Assembly: GCA_963789395.1 (NCBI GenBank)
Contig: CAWBKP010000012.1
Location: 256,001 to 320,000, forward strand
Reading direction: 5' to 3'
DNA length: 64,000 nt
DNA from: an uncultured delta proteobacterium
Lineage (GTDB): Bacteria > Desulfobacterota > Desulfobacteria > Desulfobacterales > Desulfatirhabdiaceae
Each line of letters starts with the position of its first letter. Positions within the stretch are counted from its first letter, which is position 1. Both the position numbers and the translations under genes were made by a program. Shown one piece after another: positions 1 to 9,882 of this stretch. The notes beneath the pieces are model-generated. The model was not told where the DNA came from and ran no database searches. It worked only from the letters and a program-made list of their open reading frames with translations.

Positions 1-716
1 CTTACCAGAGGCCCGGCTGTAAAATAATATCCGGATGCATAGATGACTTCGGGGTTGTCATCCTTTATTTTGGAAACCAGTGGACCGAATTGCCGATCCG
101 GAAGACCATATTCATATTCGTTCAGAATTGTAAGGCCGAATTTGGGAGCGGCTTCCTTGAATCCGGTCGTCAGGGCCTGCCCGAAGTCATTCTTGATCGT
201 GACAATGACGACTTTCTTTTTCCCCATATCACTCACCAGTTTGGCTCCGGCCCTTCCCTGGACCTCGCCCATGGTGGCGGTTCGAAACATATAATCTCCG
301 GAAAGTGTAATATCCGGGTGAATGGCATAGGCAACAACATAAGGAATTTTCGCTGCCTGAAAAATGGGAGCTGCAGCACGTGTTGACCCGGAATACGAAC
401 CGGATACCGCAGCAATCACCTTATCTTTTTCCACGAGTTTGGTGGCAACCGGGACTGCTTCTTTCGGGGCCGCCTGGTCATCGTAGACGATCAGCTCAAT
501 TTTCTCACCGTTAATACCGCCTGTGGCATTTGCCTGAGCCACCGCCAGCTTGGCCCCCTCCAGAGCGGATTTGCCGTCGGACGCCGCAAAACCGGTAAGC
601 GGCGCGTTAAAGCCGATCTTCACATCCGCGCAAACATCCGCCGGGGTAAGCGCCAGCGTTGCGGATAGACCCATAAACAAGAACATTGCCAGTCTTGCCA
701 ATAACCGATTCGTCAT
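1..716 (-). CDS. Branched-chain amino acid ABC transporter substrate-binding protein (LivJ/K family), runs off the window start
   Basis: Manual translation: MTNRLLARLAMFLFMG...VKIGFNAPLTGFAASDGKSALEGAKLAVAQANATGGINGEKIELIVYDDQAAPKEA; signal peptide; AAAGGAGG RBS upstream of ATG at 716. Confidence 0.85.
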   Translation of the reverse strand, partial: MTNRLLARLAMFLFMGLSATLALTPADVCADVKIGFNAPLTGFAASDGKSALEGAKLAVAQANATGGINGEKIELIVYDDQAAPKEAVPVATKLVEKDKVIAAVSGSYSGSTRAAAPIFQAAKIPYVVAYAIHPDITLSGDYMFRTATMGEVQGRAGAKLVSDMGKKKVVIVTIKNDFGQALTTGFKEAAPKFGLTILNEYEYGLPDRQFGPLVSKIKDDNPEVIYASGYYFTAGPLV

Positions 717-1005
717 AATGCCTCCTTTGCGTGATTAACTGTTTCCGAAATTAACATAATCGCCTCTTTTTTTCGATAAAACAATTGATCCAATATCATA
801 ATTAAATTGTATTATCCATATATCACATTTTGTTTTCCCGAAAAAATGCCAAAGAAGCGTAGGCCAGGATTTTTCATTGGACCCTGATGCATTTTGAGGA
901 CGGGATTCCGATACAGGTAGAGAAGAGAAGGGTCAATTCGTACCCGGACTGGCGTTATAGATGATTCACAATCCCACAATTCGGGATAAATTGCAGCAGG
1001 TTCAA

Positions 1006-2568
1006 TTATCTGGATCGATTATTTAGGAACCAGTCCATCAGCTTGTCGAAGTCGGGCGGTTCTTCTTCTTTCGGTGTAACGAGTATTGAGGATTTTGAGT
1101 CGGCGGAACCGGATGCCTCTGCGCTCTGCATCTTTTTATCTACTTTTTGAACAGCAGGGTCGACAGGTTCCGGATTCCTGATGGCGTCTGCTTTGTTTGG
1201 CGAAGGAACAATTACTTTCGGTTCCCTCAAGGATATAGAGGCCTTGACAACCGCCTCTTCAAAATTTTTGGGCGCCTTATCTTTTGGTGTCTCCCTTACC
1301 TCGGACTGCGGTTCAGGAACAGCCACAGGTACTGCGTCACGAACCTTTCCGGAAGACGGACCCTTAACAGAGCCGTGATCCACTGGCTGGATAATACCAG
1401 GTAAAACTGCTTCGTCACGCTCCAGACCCACACCTCCCAATGACTTAGGCTGTGTGTCCGCCGGAGGCACAGCAGCGGCGGTCTTTAATTCTGGAGCTGG
1501 CGTCACGACCGGGGTTGATATCGGCAACGCCTTGACATCCTTCAACACCGGGGCGCTGACGGATGAGGCCGCCCTGTCAGGACGGACATCATCGCCTTGC
1601 CCCTTGACAGTGAGGCCCGGAGATTGCCAGCTTTTCTTCAACGCCGAAAAATCCATACTGCGAATCATGATAAAGCCTGCGATAATCAGTGATAATAACA
1701 CCAAGGAAGCGCCAATCGTTACCCATTTCACGGAACCCCTGACCGGCTCTCCCTCGATGACGGCTATTACCCCTTTGACCACTTTTTCCGAAACCGGTTT
1801 CTTTCCATGTTCAGAGCCGGAGATGAGCGCGTTATCACAGATGATGTTGATTTTCCGCGGGATTCCCAGCGACCGTTTTACGATGAGCTTCAATGCCGCA
1901 GGTGTAAAAAGGGTCGTTTCCTTATCCTGCATTCCGGCCTTGGTCAGTCGATGCCGGATATAGCTGAGACTCTCATCCGGGGAAAGTACGGTGATTTTGC
2001 CCCGGAGTTGAATGTGCTGCTGAATCTGTTTGAGTTCTTGCTGATTCAGCTTCGCTTCCAGGACCGAATGGCCAACGAGATAAATTTGCAGGAGTTTGCC
2101 CTGTGATGTCTCCAGGTTTAAAAGCTTTCCAAGAGCTTCCAGCGTATTGATCGACATGTTCTGTGCTTCTTCGACCACCAGAACCACATTCCGTTTCTGC
2201 CTTTGTTCTTCCAGCAGGAACTGGTAAAACGCAACCAACAACTCGGCAACATCATCCGAATGCCTCTCCAGGCCCAGATCCGTGAAAATCATGTTCATCA
2301 GAACACCAAAAGTCACGCGGGAATTCAGAATGTAAATCACCTTGTTTTGCTGCTGCCGGCAGTGTTCCAAAAAAGCGCGGACAATGATGGTCTTTCCGAC
2401 ACCGGATTCGCCGGTAAGGACGACTAACCCCATACGCTGCTCAACGCCACGAATCAACAACAACAGCGCTTCGTTATGGGTGGGGCTGAGGTAAAGGAAT
2501 TCGGGATCGGGCGTAACGTGAAAGGGTTCTTCCTTGAGCCCGTAAAATTGCAGATTCATATAATGCAC
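1006..2568 (-). CDS. ExeA/GspA-family AAA ATPase with TM helix and Pro/Ala-rich C-terminal region
   Basis: FYGLKEEPFHVTPDPEFLY N-terminus, Walker A GESGVGKT, Walker B VVEEAQ, GIPRKINIICDNAL. Confidence 0.85.
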   Translation of the reverse strand: MHYMNLQFYGLKEEPFHVTPDPEFLYLSPTHNEALLLLIRGVEQRMGLVVLTGESGVGKTIIVRAFLEHCRQQQNKVIYILNSRVTFGVLMNMIFTDLGLERHSDDVAELLVAFYQFLLEEQRQKRNVVLVVEEAQNMSINTLEALGKLLNLETSQGKLLQIYLVGHSVLEAKLNQQELKQIQQHIQLRGKITVLSPDESLSYIRHRLTKAGMQDKETTLFTPAALKLIVKRSLGIPRKINIICDNALISGSEHGKKPVSEKVVKGVIAVIEGEPVRGSVKWVTIGASLVLLSLIIAGFIMIRSMDFSALKKSWQSPGLTVKGQGDDVRPDRAASSVSAPVLKDVKALPISTPVVTPAPELKTAAAVPPADTQPKSLGGVGLERDEAVLPGIIQPVDHGSVKGPSSGKVRDAVPVAVPEPQSEVRETPKDKAPKNFEEAVVKASISLREPKVIVPSPNKADAIRNPEPVDPAVQKVDKKMQSAEASGSADSKSSILVTPKEEEPPDFDKLMDWFLNNRSR

Positions 2569-2633
2569 TTCCCATCTAACATGCCGGCAATGTGCCGTTG
2601 CATTACCGGCCGTCGCTGTGGATTGGCGTTAAG

Positions 2634-3614
2634 TTAAAAGGATTCTTTAACCACTCGCCACACAGGGTTCTCATCCGGAGACGGTTTACTCTTATCTGCG
2701 GCAGGTTTGCCCAGAAACTTTCTGACACAGCTGTACTGTTCCCAGCCTTTCAAGGAATAATTGAGGTCCACGTTTTTCCATTTTGGATGACCATGTTGAA
2801 TCAACCAATCAAGATTCTTCGAAACCAGCAGGGCAAATTTCCCCACAGCATCACAATTAAAGGATTTAAAGTCAAAGGAAACCAGAACCGCTTTGACCGC
2901 TGCTGTGTTGACCGCCTGCTTCTGCCACCGGTAGGTATTTTGGGGAATCTCCCCCCTGGGATAGAACTCCAGAATATTCTTATGCGTGATGGGAATCAGC
3001 GCCAATCCATCCTTGTCGCTCACATCATCGGCAAACAATTTTACCGGGTAGCCCGCCACATAAAACATGGCATCGATTTTCCCAGACTTCAACTGTGACA
3101 GTGCTTCCTCCCGCCCGATGGTGAGCATTTCCCGGGGGGCAATTTCAGAAAGCTCAAAAAGGAGTTTGGCGGTAAGATAGGTGCCGCTTCCTTCTTCTCC
3201 AATCGCCACCCTTTTGTCGGCCAGTCCGTCAAAATCGGCGATATCGCTCCGGCCCAGCAGATGGATTTCTTCATTGTACAACGGAAAAACCATCTTGATC
3301 TTCTTGGCTATTCTCTTGAGTTCGGGATCTGATTGGAGACGTCCCACAAAAGCGAGCACATCGGACTGAACAATCCCCATCTGGATACCGGGTCTTTTGT
3401 AAACAGCAAAGATATTTTCAATGGAACCATTGGATGGATAAACGTTTAAAGAAACGCCGTTGTTTGCCATAAGTTGCTGCAGATTCAAGCCGAATTGATA
3501 ATATGTGCCTTTTTCCCCACCCGTGATTATCCCCAACTCGGCCCCGATACATGCATTTGACATGATCACGTTAATTACGAGAATAATTAAGCATTTCTTA
3601 TAGATATTCCACAT
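2634..3614 (-). CDS. TAXI-family TRAP solute-binding protein
   Basis: IITGGEKGTYYQFG, SNGSIENI, GIVQSDV, PLYNEEIHLL, GEEGSGT; GGAGG before ATG 3614 (ORF open to 3641). Confidence 0.85.
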   Translation of the reverse strand: MWNIYKKCLIILVINVIMSNACIGAELGIITGGEKGTYYQFGLNLQQLMANNGVSLNVYPSNGSIENIFAVYKRPGIQMGIVQSDVLAFVGRLQSDPELKRIAKKIKMVFPLYNEEIHLLGRSDIADFDGLADKRVAIGEEGSGTYLTAKLLFELSEIAPREMLTIGREEALSQLKSGKIDAMFYVAGYPVKLFADDVSDKDGLALIPITHKNILEFYPRGEIPQNTYRWQKQAVNTAAVKAVLVSFDFKSFNCDAVGKFALLVSKNLDWLIQHGHPKWKNVDLNYSLKGWEQYSCVRKFLGKPAADKSKPSPDENPVWRVVKESF

Positions 3615-4076
3615 GATACGCCTCCAATACGGGTTATTCATATTATGAAATCAATTTTCCGGAAAAATATCTGAATACAAGATGAGAGAATAAAATTGGA
3701 AGATCATCGGACAGTTTTTTCGCACGGTATCCATTCTTTCAGCACTATAACACCCCTCAACATGTCAGTTGCTGGTTGTCTATCTTATGCATAACAGATT
3801 ATTTAAATGGATTGTATCCCAGTATGAAATTCAAGGTATTAAGTCAATAATTAATTCTTCAGACCAACACACCCGATTCCCGTATTTTACGAATATTTTG
3901 CTGAGCTGAAGAGGAATTTTTCGCAAACTGACAAGACATGTAAAATCCCAAGTAGTGATCCGATCCCTGTCTGTGGTTTATCAACGGCGAAAAGCGGTTT
4001 CCCATTTTGGCTGGATTATCATGTGATCCTATGGTAACAGTTAAGGTGGTTAGCATATGTTTCAGAGGAGGTTTGT

Positions 4077-5441
4077 TTGAAAATCATTATCGTAGGCGCC
4101 GGTGAGGTCGGATTTCATACTGCCCAGAGGCTGACAATCGAAAACCAAGAAGTGGTCGTGATCGACAAACAGCCGGAAGCGTTAAAACGATTTGTTAACC
4201 TGCTGGATGTTCAGACCATCTGTGGTTCTGGCAGCAGCCCGCGTATTCTGGAAGAAGCCGGCGCCGCCCGTGCGGAAATGTTTCTGGCCGTAACCGACAG
4301 TGACGAAACAAATCTTGTCGCCTGTCTGTTCGCGGAATCTATCGGCCCGGGAATTAAGAAGCTGGCGCGAATTCGTGATGATGAATATTTTCACTACAAT
4401 CCCGAATTGACACCACGACTGCTGAATATCGACACCATCATCAATCCGGAAAATGAGCTGATCAAATCCGTGATACATTCACTGGCTGTTCCCGGAGCGG
4501 AACATATCAGTGATTTTGCCGATGGCAACATCAAGCTGATTGGTTTTCGCATTGAAAAAGGCAGCCCGGTAATCGGCATTCGGCTGCTTGAACTGCGAAA
4601 AAAAATAGGTGGCCTACGATTTATTGTTGCGGCAATATTTCGAAACGACCGCTTGATCATCCCTTTCGGGAACGATAAAGTCAAAGCCTTCGATCTGGTC
4701 TATTTCGTATGTGAAACTAAGGAATTGAAACCGGTTCTGAAAATTTTCGGCAGCCGAACCGAACAAGTTCATTACATCCTCATTGTCGGTGGCGGCAATA
4801 TCGGTTTAAAAATAGCCAAGGAAATTGAAAAGCGTCACTATCATCTTCGCATCATCGAGTCCAACCTGGAGCGGTGTCAGTATCTTGCGGAAAATCTGCA
4901 CAGCACAATTGTTCTTCACGGCGATGGAACGGATAAAACCCTTTTAGAGGAAGAAAACATTCGGGATATGGATATGGTTATTTCTGTGACCGGAAACGAG
5001 GAAACCAATTTTCTCATATCCCTTCTGGTTAAAAACATGGGCGCAAAAAGAACCATGACGCGAATCAACAAGTTCGCCTATATGCCGATTATCAGCGATA
5101 TCGGGTTGGGAAATATCCTTAGTCCCAGACTTTCAGCAATCAACAGTATCGTTCAGCATGTCAGGCGCGGTAAAATTCTGTCCTCAGTCTCACTCAAAGG
5201 TGAAGATGCGGAAGTCCTGGAAGCGGTTGCACAGGAAGACTCCGGCATCGTCGGAACCCCCTTGAAAGCCTTGCGTTTCCCAAAAGGCGCCATCGTCCTT
5301 GCAGTGACTCGTGGAAAAGTCAGTATCATTCCAGACGGCAGCACGGTAATCGAACCAAACGACCGCATCGTGATTTTATCAACCAGACAGAATATTCCAA
5401 GAGTCGAACGTGAGTTGACGGTCAAACTGGAGAATATCTGA
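4077..5441 (+). CDS. trkA: Trk K+ uptake regulatory subunit (two RCK_N/RCK_C repeats)
   Basis: MKIIIVGAGEVG and second IVGGGNIG motif; 454 aa; GAGGAGG RBS, TTG start. Confidence 0.95.
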   Translation: MKIIIVGAGEVGFHTAQRLTIENQEVVVIDKQPEALKRFVNLLDVQTICGSGSSPRILEEAGAARAEMFLAVTDSDETNLVACLFAESIGPGIKKLARIRDDEYFHYNPELTPRLLNIDTIINPENELIKSVIHSLAVPGAEHISDFADGNIKLIGFRIEKGSPVIGIRLLELRKKIGGLRFIVAAIFRNDRLIIPFGNDKVKAFDLVYFVCETKELKPVLKIFGSRTEQVHYILIVGGGNIGLKIAKEIEKRHYHLRIIESNLERCQYLAENLHSTIVLHGDGTDKTLLEEENIRDMDMVISVTGNEETNFLISLLVKNMGAKRTMTRINKFAYMPIISDIGLGNILSPRLSAINSIVQHVRRGKILSSVSLKGEDAEVLEAVAQEDSGIVGTPLKALRFPKGAIVLAVTRGKVSIIPDGSTVIEPNDRIVILSTRQNIPRVERELTVKLENI

Positions 5442-6890
5442 ATGCGATGGCATTATGTGATGCGATCCGTGGGGGCAATAGCAGTTTGTATCGGCATGAC
5501 CATGCTGTTTCCCCTGGCATTCTCATTGTATTATGACGATGGAAGCGCATGGCCTCTGATTCAGTCCATGATGATCACCACAGGTGCCGGGTTGGTATGT
5601 TTTCTCACTTTCAGGCGTTTCAATCAACCCTATATGAGTCATCGAACCGCCATGGCCATCGTTACCATCGGCTGGATAGCCGCTACCGTGATCGGCGCCC
5701 TCCCCTTCTTTCTATCCGAAACATTTGCCTCATTTACCGATTGCATATTTGAATCCATTTCCGGCTTCAGCACCACCGGTTCATCGGTTCTGACCGATAT
5801 TGAACGTGTTTCCAAAGGAATCCTCATGTGGCGAAGCCTGACCCACTGGCTAGGAGGCATGGGAATCATTGTTCTGTCATTGGCCATTCTGCCCTTTCTC
5901 GGACTGGGCGGCATGCAACTTTACAAGGCGGAGGCGCCGGGACCAACCCCGGATAAACTGACGCCGCGAATACGAGATACGGCATCGGCCCTCTGGCGGG
6001 TATATCTTTTGTTCACGTTTGTAATGATCTTGCTGCTGATGTGCGGCGGGATGAATCTCTTTGATGCTATCTGCCATACGTTCGGCACGCTGGCAACGGG
6101 CGGTTTCTCCACGAAAAATTTATCAATAACATTCTATCACAGCGCATACATCGACGCTGTCATTACGATTTTCATGCTCCTGGCCGGAATCAATTTTTCA
6201 CTGCACTATCAAATGCTTTCCGGCAAACCCCGGTTCGCGCTCAGGGATCCCGAGCTTCGTTTTTTTCTATCGGTCGTAGCAGTATTGATTCTGTTAACTA
6301 CATTTGCGATGTATCAAACAACATATCACAGCTTGAGCCAGGCATTCCGATATGCCGCATTTCAGGTTTCATCCATCATCACCACAACCGGATATGCCAC
6401 GGCGGATTTTGAAAACTGGCCGGTATTTCCGCAGTGCATGCTGCTGTTCTGCATGTTTTTGGGGCCTAGTGCCGGATCGACCGGAGGGGGCATGAAATGC
6501 ATGCGCATCATGCTGTTATTAAAACACAGCTATCTGGAATTGTTTCGCATGATCCATCCCCATGCTGTGACGCAACTCAAATTCGGAAAACGGCTGGTAA
6601 GCGATGATATCATCAGAGGCATATGGGGATTTTTTATCATTTATCTCGGGCTGTTCATTTTGTCCTCACTGGTGCTGACAGCCCTGGGAATAGACATGGT
6701 CACTTCTTTTTCAGCGGTCGCCGCCTGTATCGGCAACATCGGTCCGGGTCTCGGATCGGTCGGTCCGAGAGAGAACTTTGCCCATCTCCCCCTTCTGGCC
6801 AAATGGGTGTTAAGCTTCTGCATGCTTCTTGGCAGGCTGGAGATCTATACCGTCATTATCCTGTTCGTTCCTGAATTCTGGAGGAAATGA
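5442..6890 (+). CDS. trkH: Trk K+ uptake membrane subunit
   Basis: FESISGFSTTGSS, WLGGMGII, TGGFS, STGGG, GNIGPG, LGRLEI. Confidence 0.95.
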   Translation: MRWHYVMRSVGAIAVCIGMTMLFPLAFSLYYDDGSAWPLIQSMMITTGAGLVCFLTFRRFNQPYMSHRTAMAIVTIGWIAATVIGALPFFLSETFASFTDCIFESISGFSTTGSSVLTDIERVSKGILMWRSLTHWLGGMGIIVLSLAILPFLGLGGMQLYKAEAPGPTPDKLTPRIRDTASALWRVYLLFTFVMILLLMCGGMNLFDAICHTFGTLATGGFSTKNLSITFYHSAYIDAVITIFMLLAGINFSLHYQMLSGKPRFALRDPELRFFLSVVAVLILLTTFAMYQTTYHSLSQAFRYAAFQVSSIITTTGYATADFENWPVFPQCMLLFCMFLGPSAGSTGGGMKCMRIMLLLKHSYLELFRMIHPHAVTQLKFGKRLVSDDIIRGIWGFFIIYLGLFILSSLVLTALGIDMVTSFSAVAACIGNIGPGLGSVGPRENFAHLPLLAKWVLSFCMLLGRLEIYTVIILFVPEFWRK

Positions 6891-7004
6891 CGACATTCAT
6901 ATCAGATAGTTGTTTCGGCAATCTTTGCCGGAAACACATCAGCAGGATTGCGGAAGCCATAAACATTCAATGAGAGATTCGATAAAGGCGATAATTTTCC
7001 TGTA

Positions 7005-7718
7005 TCAATCAATACCCAGATAGGCTTTTTGTACCATCTCATTGCGTTTGAGGTTGGCGGCCGTGTCGCTGACGACGATCTCGCCGTTCTGGAGTACATA
7101 GCCTCGGTGCGCAATGGAAAGGGCCATCAGCGCATTCTGTTCCACCAGCAGGATGGTTGTGCCCTTGTCGTTCAAGGCCTTGATAATGTCGAAGATCAGT
7201 TCCACCAGAAGCGGTGCGAGCCCCATGGACGGCTCGTCAAGCATCAAAAGTCGCGGATTCATCATCAGACCGCGGGCAATAGCGAGCATCTGTTGTTCGC
7301 CGCCCGAAAGTGTGCCGCCATACTGGCCGATCCGTTCTTTAAGGCGCGGAAACATTTCAAACCCGTAATCCATCCGGCGTTCGATCTCTTTCGGGTCATT
7401 CACGGTGAACGCACCCATCTCGAGGTTCTCCTGCACCGTCAGTTTCGGAAAAATCCCCCGGCCCTCGGGCACGTGCCCGAGGCCAGCAAGGACAATGGCG
7501 TGCGGTTTCAGATGGGAGATGTCTTTTTCGCCAAGCAGAATCTTGCCTTGTTTGGGGTGGATCAGTCCGGAGATGGTCCGTAACGTCGTGCTCTTGCCGG
7601 CGCCGTTCGAGCCGATCAGCGTCACGATCTCGCCCTTGTTGACCTCAACCGAAATCCCCTTGAGCGCATGGATATGACCATAGAAACTGTGAATATCATG
7701 AAGGGATAAGAGGCTCAT
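7005..7718 (-). CDS. livF: BCAA ABC transporter ATP-binding protein
   Basis: GSNGAGKST, VPEGRGIF, LSGGEQQM, LDEPSMGLAP. Confidence 0.9.
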   Translation of the reverse strand: MSLLSLHDIHSFYGHIHALKGISVEVNKGEIVTLIGSNGAGKSTTLRTISGLIHPKQGKILLGEKDISHLKPHAIVLAGLGHVPEGRGIFPKLTVQENLEMGAFTVNDPKEIERRMDYGFEMFPRLKERIGQYGGTLSGGEQQMLAIARGLMMNPRLLMLDEPSMGLAPLLVELIFDIIKALNDKGTTILLVEQNALMALSIAHRGYVLQNGEIVVSDTAANLKRNEMVQKAYLGID

Positions 7719-8509
7719 GCGATCTTCTCCTCATGTTGTCCGGCAACGGCTCCCCTTCCCAGATACGCTTCGATGACCCGAGCGTCGGAACGGATTTCAT
7801 TCGGCGTCCCTTCGGCGATTTTCTCGCCGTAATCCATAACGCAAATATGCTCTGAAATATTCATGACCACGCGCATGTCGTGCTCGATGAGCAGAATCGT
7901 GATGCCCTTTTCATCGCGGATGCGGCGAAACAAGCGGGTAACATCCTCGGTTTCCTGCGGGTTCATGCCGGCAGCAGGCTCGTCGAGAAGCAGCATGAGC
8001 GGATCGGCCGCCATAGCCCGTGCGATCTCCAACCGGCGCTGGCCGCCATAGGGCAGGTTCTTGGCAAGTTCGTTTCCGACGCCTGTCAGGCCCACATATG
8101 TCATCAGTTCCTCGGCTTTTTGTTCCGATTCCTTTTCTTCTCTTTTAAAAAATGGCAGATGAAAAAGGGTGTCGAGGGGCGACTGCTTCAGATGGACATG
8201 CATGCCGACCAGAATATTCTCGATGACCGACATATTGCTGAAAAGGCGGATATTCTGGAAAGTCCGTGCAATTCCGCGTGAGGCGATCTGATCCGGTCGC
8301 AGTCCGCGCAAAGATTTGCCGTTGAAGGTGATCTGTCCTTCATCCGGATGGTAGATACCGGTCAAGGTATTAAAAAATGTAGTTTTACCAGCTCCGTTCG
8401 GACCGATGATGCTGACAATCCGACCCGGATCCAGGTTGAAGTTGACCTTGTTGACGGCGGTCAGCCCGCCAAAACGTTTTACAATGTTGACTGTTTCAAG
8501 TAGTGCCAT
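7715..8509 (-). CDS. livG: BCAA ABC transporter ATP-binding protein
   Basis: FGGLTAV, GPNGAGKTT, RTFQNIRLF, LPYGGQRRLEIARA, EAYLG. Confidence 0.9.
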   Translation of the reverse strand: MALLETVNIVKRFGGLTAVNKVNFNLDPGRIVSIIGPNGAGKTTFFNTLTGIYHPDEGQITFNGKSLRGLRPDQIASRGIARTFQNIRLFSNMSVIENILVGMHVHLKQSPLDTLFHLPFFKREEKESEQKAEELMTYVGLTGVGNELAKNLPYGGQRRLEIARAMAADPLMLLLDEPAAGMNPQETEDVTRLFRRIRDEKGITILLIEHDMRVVMNISEHICVMDYGEKIAEGTPNEIRSDARVIEAYLGRGAVAGQHEEKIA

Positions 8510-8521
8510 GTTCTTATCGTC

Positions 8522-9871
8522 TTATTCCCCGTTCTCGTCATCGTCGGAAGCAAGTTCACGTTTACGGCGCTGGGACGGGATCAGGCCCTCCGGTCGAAAG
8601 ATCATCATCAGAATCAGAATGAGCCCAAAGAGCAGTCGCTGGTATTTGGCCGGATCCAGTTGGGTGGACAGGCTGGACCATGCAAAGTTGATGATGGGAA
8701 TGACCGCATCGCTCTGGCGAAGCTGGCTCAAATACAAAGAAAGGCCCTGGAGAACCTGCAGGTTCAGGATGGTTACCGTGGCCGCACCCAGGATCACGCC
8801 TGGGATGCTGCCGGAACCGCCCAGGATAACCATCGACAGAACCCCGATAGACTGCATGAATGAGAAGGATTCCGGACTGATGAAGGTCCGGCTTCCCGCA
8901 AGCAGAACGCCCATGACCCCGGCAAAAGAGGCGCCGACGGCAAACGCGGCCAGCTTCATTCTTACCAGCGGAACACCCATTGCAATGGCCGCGGTCTCGT
9001 CTTCACGGATTGCGGTCCAGGCCCGGCCGATTTTCGAATCATCCAGACGCCGGGTCACAAAGACAATGACAATAATAACCGCCAGTGCAAGCAGGTAGAA
9101 CATGACGTTGTACATATCGGCGGTGGTGACTGCGTGCCCGACAACGCCGCCGAACAGTTTGTTGAAGCCGTCAACCGCCGCCTGCGGCATGGTGGGACGC
9201 TGGATCGGGGTAATCCCCTGGGGGCCGTTGGTGAAATTGAGCGGTTTATCCAGATTGTTTGCCAGTACGCGGATCACCTCTCCAAAGCCAAGGGTCACAA
9301 TGGCCAGATAGTCGCCGCGCAGCCTCAGAACCGGCGTGCCGAGCAGAATGCCGGTAACCGCAGCGACAAGGATTGCGGCAAACATGAACAGATAAAAGGC
9401 GTCTCCGGGAAGCAGAAACGGCAGATTGGACGGCTGGGTTCCCGGCGCAAAGTGTAGAACATAATATTGCTGGGAGCCGAAAAAAGCCCACAGGTAGGCC
9501 CCGACTGCATAAAATGCCACATATCCGAGATCGAGCAGACCGGCAAATCCGACCACGATATTCAGGCCCAGGGCAAGGGCTGCAAACACGCTGATCTGGA
9601 AGATCACCTCAAGATAGAAGATATTCCGGACTCCGACCACCGGGAAAATAAATAATGTCAGAACGACACCGACGATCATCTTGAAGCGGCGATCCGTCTT
9701 GAAATAATACAGTGTGAAAAACGAGGTGATCAGCACCAGAAAGGCAAGATTCGAGCGCGGACTGGTATAGACAAGGGCGGTACCCAGAACCATATGGGCC
9801 AGTATCATGATGTGCGGATATATCCCCTGTTCCAGTCTTTTGATGATGTCTTTAAAGAAGTTTAAGATCAT
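8522..9871 (-). CDS. livM: BCAA ABC transporter permease
   Basis: GLNIVVGFAGLLDLGYVAFY, LRLRGDYLAIVTLGFGE, GRAWTAIREDE. Confidence 0.9.
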   Translation of the reverse strand: MILNFFKDIIKRLEQGIYPHIMILAHMVLGTALVYTSPRSNLAFLVLITSFFTLYYFKTDRRFKMIVGVVLTLFIFPVVGVRNIFYLEVIFQISVFAALALGLNIVVGFAGLLDLGYVAFYAVGAYLWAFFGSQQYYVLHFAPGTQPSNLPFLLPGDAFYLFMFAAILVAAVTGILLGTPVLRLRGDYLAIVTLGFGEVIRVLANNLDKPLNFTNGPQGITPIQRPTMPQAAVDGFNKLFGGVVGHAVTTADMYNVMFYLLALAVIIVIVFVTRRLDDSKIGRAWTAIREDETAAIAMGVPLVRMKLAAFAVGASFAGVMGVLLAGSRTFISPESFSFMQSIGVLSMVILGGSGSIPGVILGAATVTILNLQVLQGLSLYLSQLRQSDAVIPIINFAWSSLSTQLDPAKYQRLLFGLILILMMIFRPEGLIPSQRRKRELASDDDENGE

Positions 9872-9882
9872 CTTGCTCCTCC

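Noticed and set aside
1006..2568. Type II secretion system or Tn7/Mu transposition ATPase
   Set aside because: No gsp or transposase genes adjacent, and the TM segment supports an ExeA-like role
3860..4076. c-di-AMP (ydaO) riboswitch upstream of trkA, or of ktrB (52870-53020)
   Set aside because: The conserved GCUGAA...GUCAGCUAAC core is not found
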